From positions 1 through 26,478 of the forward strand of contig CAVFPH010000021.1 in assembly GCA_963624325.1 (NCBI GenBank): a DNA stretch of 26,478 bases, given 5' to 3'. The notes beneath the pieces were generated by a model. That model saw only the letters and a program-made list of their open reading frames with translations, searched no databases and had not been told where the DNA came from. Made by a program: the position numbers and the translations under genes. This DNA comes from a bacterium. GTDB taxonomy: Bacteria; Bacillota; Clostridia; Christensenellales; Aristaeellaceae. Shown piece after piece: positions 24,108 through 26,478 of this stretch; the first letter of the stretch is position 1; each line of letters begins with the position of its first letter.

Positions 24108-24644
24108 ATGAACCGTCTGATTGTCGCTTTCTCCTCCGAGGCCGCCGCGCACCGCATCTGTGCATGGCTCACTGCATCTGGCCTTACTGCCCGAACGCTT
24201 TGCCGCACCGGCGCACAGGTTCTGCAGGCCGTTCGCTATATGGGCGGCGGCTGCATCGTGTGCGCCGCGCGGCTGCCCGATTATACCGCAGATGAATTGT
24301 ATGCGGATCTGGACGGGCAGGCGGATATGCTGGTTATCGGCAAGCCGGAGCAGCTGGATGCCTGCGAAAGTCCGGGTATCCGCCTTCTGCCGCTGCCGGT
24401 CAGCCGTGAAACCTTTGCGGAGGCAATCGACAGCCTGCTGCAGTCGCAGCAGGTTCATTCCCCCGCGCGGCCATCGGAGCAGGAGCAGGCACTGATTGCA
24501 CAGGCAAAAAAGCTGCTTCAAACCGCGCGCGGCATGACCGAGGCGGAAGCACACCGCTATCTTCAGCAGCGCAGCATGCAATCCCGCCGAAAGATGGCGG
24601 ATACCGCCAAGATCGTCATTGCAGCCCTTGAACACAAGGCATAA
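24108..24644 (+). CDS. ANTAR-domain RNA-binding antiterminator with a degenerate receiver-like N-terminal domain (178 aa)
   Basis: The C-terminal segment EQALIAQAKKLLQTARGMTEAEAHRYLQQRSMQSRRKMADTAKIVIAAL fits the ANTAR three-helix pattern. The N-terminal ~115 aa shows receiver-like beta/alpha periodicity (RLIVAF ... CIVCAARLPD ... MLVIGK ... IRLLPLPV). GGAG sits 6 nt before the ATG. It lies 18 nt downstream of glnA, so it is probably co-transcribed. Confidence 0.8.
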   Translation: MNRLIVAFSSEAAAHRICAWLTASGLTARTLCRTGAQVLQAVRYMGGGCIVCAARLPDYTADELYADLDGQADMLVIGKPEQLDACESPGIRLLPLPVSRETFAEAIDSLLQSQQVHSPARPSEQEQALIAQAKKLLQTARGMTEAEAHRYLQQRSMQSRRKMADTAKIVIAALEHKA

Positions 24645-24649
24645 ACATA

Positions 24650-24676
24650 ACGGACGGAGTTTTTCACTCCGTCCGC
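24650..24676. terminator. Hairpin terminator in the convergent gap (usable on both strands)
   Basis: CGGACGGAGT (24651-24660) pairs with ACTCCGTCCG (24666-24675) around a 5-nt loop. The plus strand continues CTTAGTTTA. The minus strand continues TTATGTTTAT. Confidence 0.6.
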
Positions 24677-24721
24677 TTAGTTTATCGATTTTTCGGCGGG
24701 CGGCGACTTTGTCGGCACCCT

Positions 24722-24747
24722 GAGAGGCCTTATCAGCCTCTCTTTTT
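24722..24747 (+). terminator. Second rho-independent terminator downstream of the glnA-ANTAR unit
   Basis: GAGAGGC (24722-24728) pairs with GCCTCTC (24736-24742) around a 7-nt loop, followed by TTTTT (24743-24747). On the minus strand no U-tract follows. Confidence 0.6.
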
Positions 24748-24760
24748 GTATACGGATTTT

Positions 24761-25975
24761 TCAGGAAGCCAATTCCGTTACCATCAGCGCATCCATGAAC
24801 TTTCCGATGCGCTCCACAGCCTCTACGATTGTTGCATCGGAGACCGCGTAGGAAAGGCGGACGAAATTCGGCGCGCCGAAGGGAGAACCGGGGACGACGG
24901 CCACATAGCTGTGGGCAAGCAGCGCTTCCGAAAAGTCAAGATCGCTGTTAATCACACGGCCGTCAATTGTCTTGCCGAGCGCGGAACGGATGTCCAGCAG
25001 CAGATAGAAAGCGCCCTGCGGCTGAATACCGATCGTCAGCCCCGCCCGATTTACGCAGTCGGTCATGAGGGTACGGCGTCTTTCAAAGCTTTGCTTCATC
25101 TGCTGAACGCAGTCCTGCGGCCCTTGAAGGGCAGCCAGAGCGGCATACTGCGCGATGCTGTTTACATTTCCCGTTGCGTGGCTCTGCAGTGCGGCCATCG
25201 CGGCAATCACCCTGCGCGGTCCGCTGCCGTAGCCGATGCGCCAGCCCGTCATGGCATAGGACTTGCTGAATCCCGAGATCACGATGGTGCGGGAGAACGC
25301 ATCCGCACTGATTGAAGCGGGGGAAACATGCTCCATGCCGTCGTATACAAGGGCTTCATAGATTTCATCGCTGATCACCCAGAAATCGTGCTTCTTGGCC
25401 AGCGCCATCGCTGCGGCAACCAGTTCCCGCGGCCAGACGGCACCCGTGGGGTTGTTGGGGGAATTCATGATCATTGCCTTCGTGCGGTCGGTGATGACGG
25501 ACGCCATCTGCTCCGGGGTAGGCAAGAAGAAATTTGCAGGATCGGTGCTGACAAAAACCGGAACGCCACCGGCCATGCGGATCATCTCGGTGTAGCTTAC
25601 CCAATAGGGAGAGGGCAGAACCACCTCATCACCGGGATTCAGAATTGCCTGCAGCGCATGATACAGCACCTGCTTTGCACCGGCACCGACAATCACTTCC
25701 TTCGCATCATAGCGAAGGCCCTTCTGCTTGAAAATATGATCAGCAATCGCCTGACGCAGCTGCGGAATGCCGCTGACATCGGTATAGCGGGTTTTTCCGC
25801 TGTTCATTGCCTCGATTGCAGCCTGACGGATATGCTCCGGCGTGTCAAAATCGGGCTCACCTGCGCCCAGAGACAGCACGGGAACCCCCTCACTTTTCAT
25901 CTGAGCAACGGTGGCGTTCAATTTGAGCGTAGCAGAGGGAGCAACTCCCATGGCCGTAAAGGAAAGGCTGAGCAT
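24761..25975 (-). CDS. Class-I pyridoxal-phosphate-dependent aminotransferase, aspartate-aminotransferase-like (404 aa)
   Basis: Motifs: GAGEPDFDTP, NSPNNPTGAVW and SDEIYE. The PLP-lysine motif is SGFSKSYAMTGWRIGY. RLSY occurs near the C-terminus. AAGGAG sits 9 nt before the ATG at 25975 (MLSLSFTAM). The 12-codon extension in the ORF track is unsupported. Confidence 0.9.
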   Translation of the reverse strand: MLSLSFTAMGVAPSATLKLNATVAQMKSEGVPVLSLGAGEPDFDTPEHIRQAAIEAMNSGKTRYTDVSGIPQLRQAIADHIFKQKGLRYDAKEVIVGAGAKQVLYHALQAILNPGDEVVLPSPYWVSYTEMIRMAGGVPVFVSTDPANFFLPTPEQMASVITDRTKAMIMNSPNNPTGAVWPRELVAAAMALAKKHDFWVISDEIYEALVYDGMEHVSPASISADAFSRTIVISGFSKSYAMTGWRIGYGSGPRRVIAAMAALQSHATGNVNSIAQYAALAALQGPQDCVQQMKQSFERRRTLMTDCVNRAGLTIGIQPQGAFYLLLDIRSALGKTIDGRVINSDLDFSEALLAHSYVAVVPGSPFGAPNFVRLSYAVSDATIVEAVERIGKFMDALMVTELAS

Positions 25976-26019
25976 AATAAAAGGCTCCTTAAAAGCAGGA
26001 TTGTGTATCAACGAATTGC

Positions 26020-26048
26020 ATTATACACGCATTCCTGATTTTAAGCAA
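26020..26048 (-). promoter_or_regulatory. Candidate sigma-A promoter of the aminotransferase gene
   Basis: Minus strand reads TTGCTT (26048-26043), a 17-nt spacer, then TATAAT (26025-26020). The -35 is weak. Confidence 0.4.
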
Positions 26049-26094
26049 GCCCTTTTTGCAAGTTTTTGCTTTCAATTATTTATTTTTCTGTTTT

Positions 26095-26478
26095 TTATTT
26101 GTTTTGAAGCTGATGACGCAGGTCATCTACCAATGATGCGAAGGCTTCGGATGTACGAATATCCTCCGATACCTTGTCGCAGCCGTGCAGGATGGTGGTA
26201 TGGTCTCTGCCGCCCATCGCATCGCCGATACGGGACATGCTGCTGTCCGTCAGTTCACGGCAAAGGTACATGGCCACTTGGCGCGGGGTTGCGATTTCGC
26301 GGTTGCGGCGCGGGCCTTTCAAATCCTCAGGCGTTACATTGTAATAGGTGGCCACCGTACGCATAACATCCTCGCAGGTGATGTGCCGCGGCTCATGCTT
26401 GGCAAATACCTCCCGCAGAGCCTCCTCCACCAATTGGCAGTCAATCTCGCGCCCGGTCAGGGAGGCATAGGCGCTCAG
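26095..26478 (-). CDS. dnaA: Chromosomal replication initiator DnaA, C-terminal 127 codons (5' end outside the window)
   Basis: The frame is open from the window edge: LSAYASLTGREIDCQLVEEALREVF ... ITCEDVMRTVATYYNVTPEDLKGPRRNREIATPRQVAMYLCRELTDSSMSRIGDAMGGRDHTTILHGCDKV. This is the DnaA domain IV DNA-binding signature (R.R..a.pRQvAMYL.r.lt..S...IG..fGgRDHTTV.H). The stop TAA is at 26095-26097. Confidence 0.93.
   Translation of the reverse strand: MSAYASLTGREIDCQLVEEALREVFAKHEPRHITCEDVMRTVATYYNVTPEDLKGPRRNREIATPRQVAMYLCRELTDSSMSRIGDAMGGRDHTTILHGCDKVSEDIRTSEAFASLVDDLRHQLQNK

Noticed and set aside
1-26478. Searched for CRISPR repeats, IS/transposase or integrase genes, tRNA/rRNA genes, prophage remnants and toxin-antitoxin pairs.
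   Set aside because: I saw no regularly spaced direct repeats, recombinase-like ORFs or tRNA-like cloverleaf candidates. Every gap longer than 60 nt is accounted for by promoters, leaders or terminators.

Overview
This 26.5-kb window looks like ordinary, densely packed core chromosome from a GC-rich Gram-positive anaerobe. It is probably Clostridia (Oscillospiraceae/Ruminococcaceae-like). That lineage call is an inference from AGGAGG-type RBSs, a PyrR-type leader, pyrK/pyrD class 1B DHODH, PPDK and GSI-alpha.

Gene order:
- rpsR 3' end (+)
- GNAT acetyltransferase (-)
- HtrA-like serine protease (-)
- glycogen synthase glgA (-)
- NusG_II-domain protein plus Gx transporter (+)
- sbcD-sbcC (-)
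- ppdK (+)
- an eight-gene pyrimidine operon, pyrC-carB-pyrK-pyrD-pyrF-pyrE-pyrB-pyrI (-), behind a PyrR-type attenuator
- ArsB/NhaD/CitMHS-type permease (-)
- glnA plus an ANTAR regulator (+)
- class-I aminotransferase (-)
- dnaA 3' end (-)

Several starts in the supplied ORF track are too far upstream. I re-set them from RBS spacing and conserved N-termini for the GNAT gene, htrA, glgA, ppdK, pyrI, carB, pyrC and the aminotransferase. Almost every intergenic gap is explained by a sigma-A-like promoter and/or a rho-independent terminator.

I found no mobile elements, CRISPR arrays, rRNA/tRNA genes, or a convincing novel multi-gene system (for example a defence island). The points most worth a second look are regulatory or architectural:
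- a promoter-proximal terminator before glnA, coupled to a downstream ANTAR protein with a degenerate receiver domain
- dnaA followed by an aminotransferase instead of dnaN, with two DnaA-box-like 9-mers and a very AT-rich tract in the spacer
- a 77-aa acidic-then-basic tail on GlgA
- a pyr operon that has carB but no adjacent carA or pyrR

All calls were made by eye from the sequence. No database searches or computed statistics were run.
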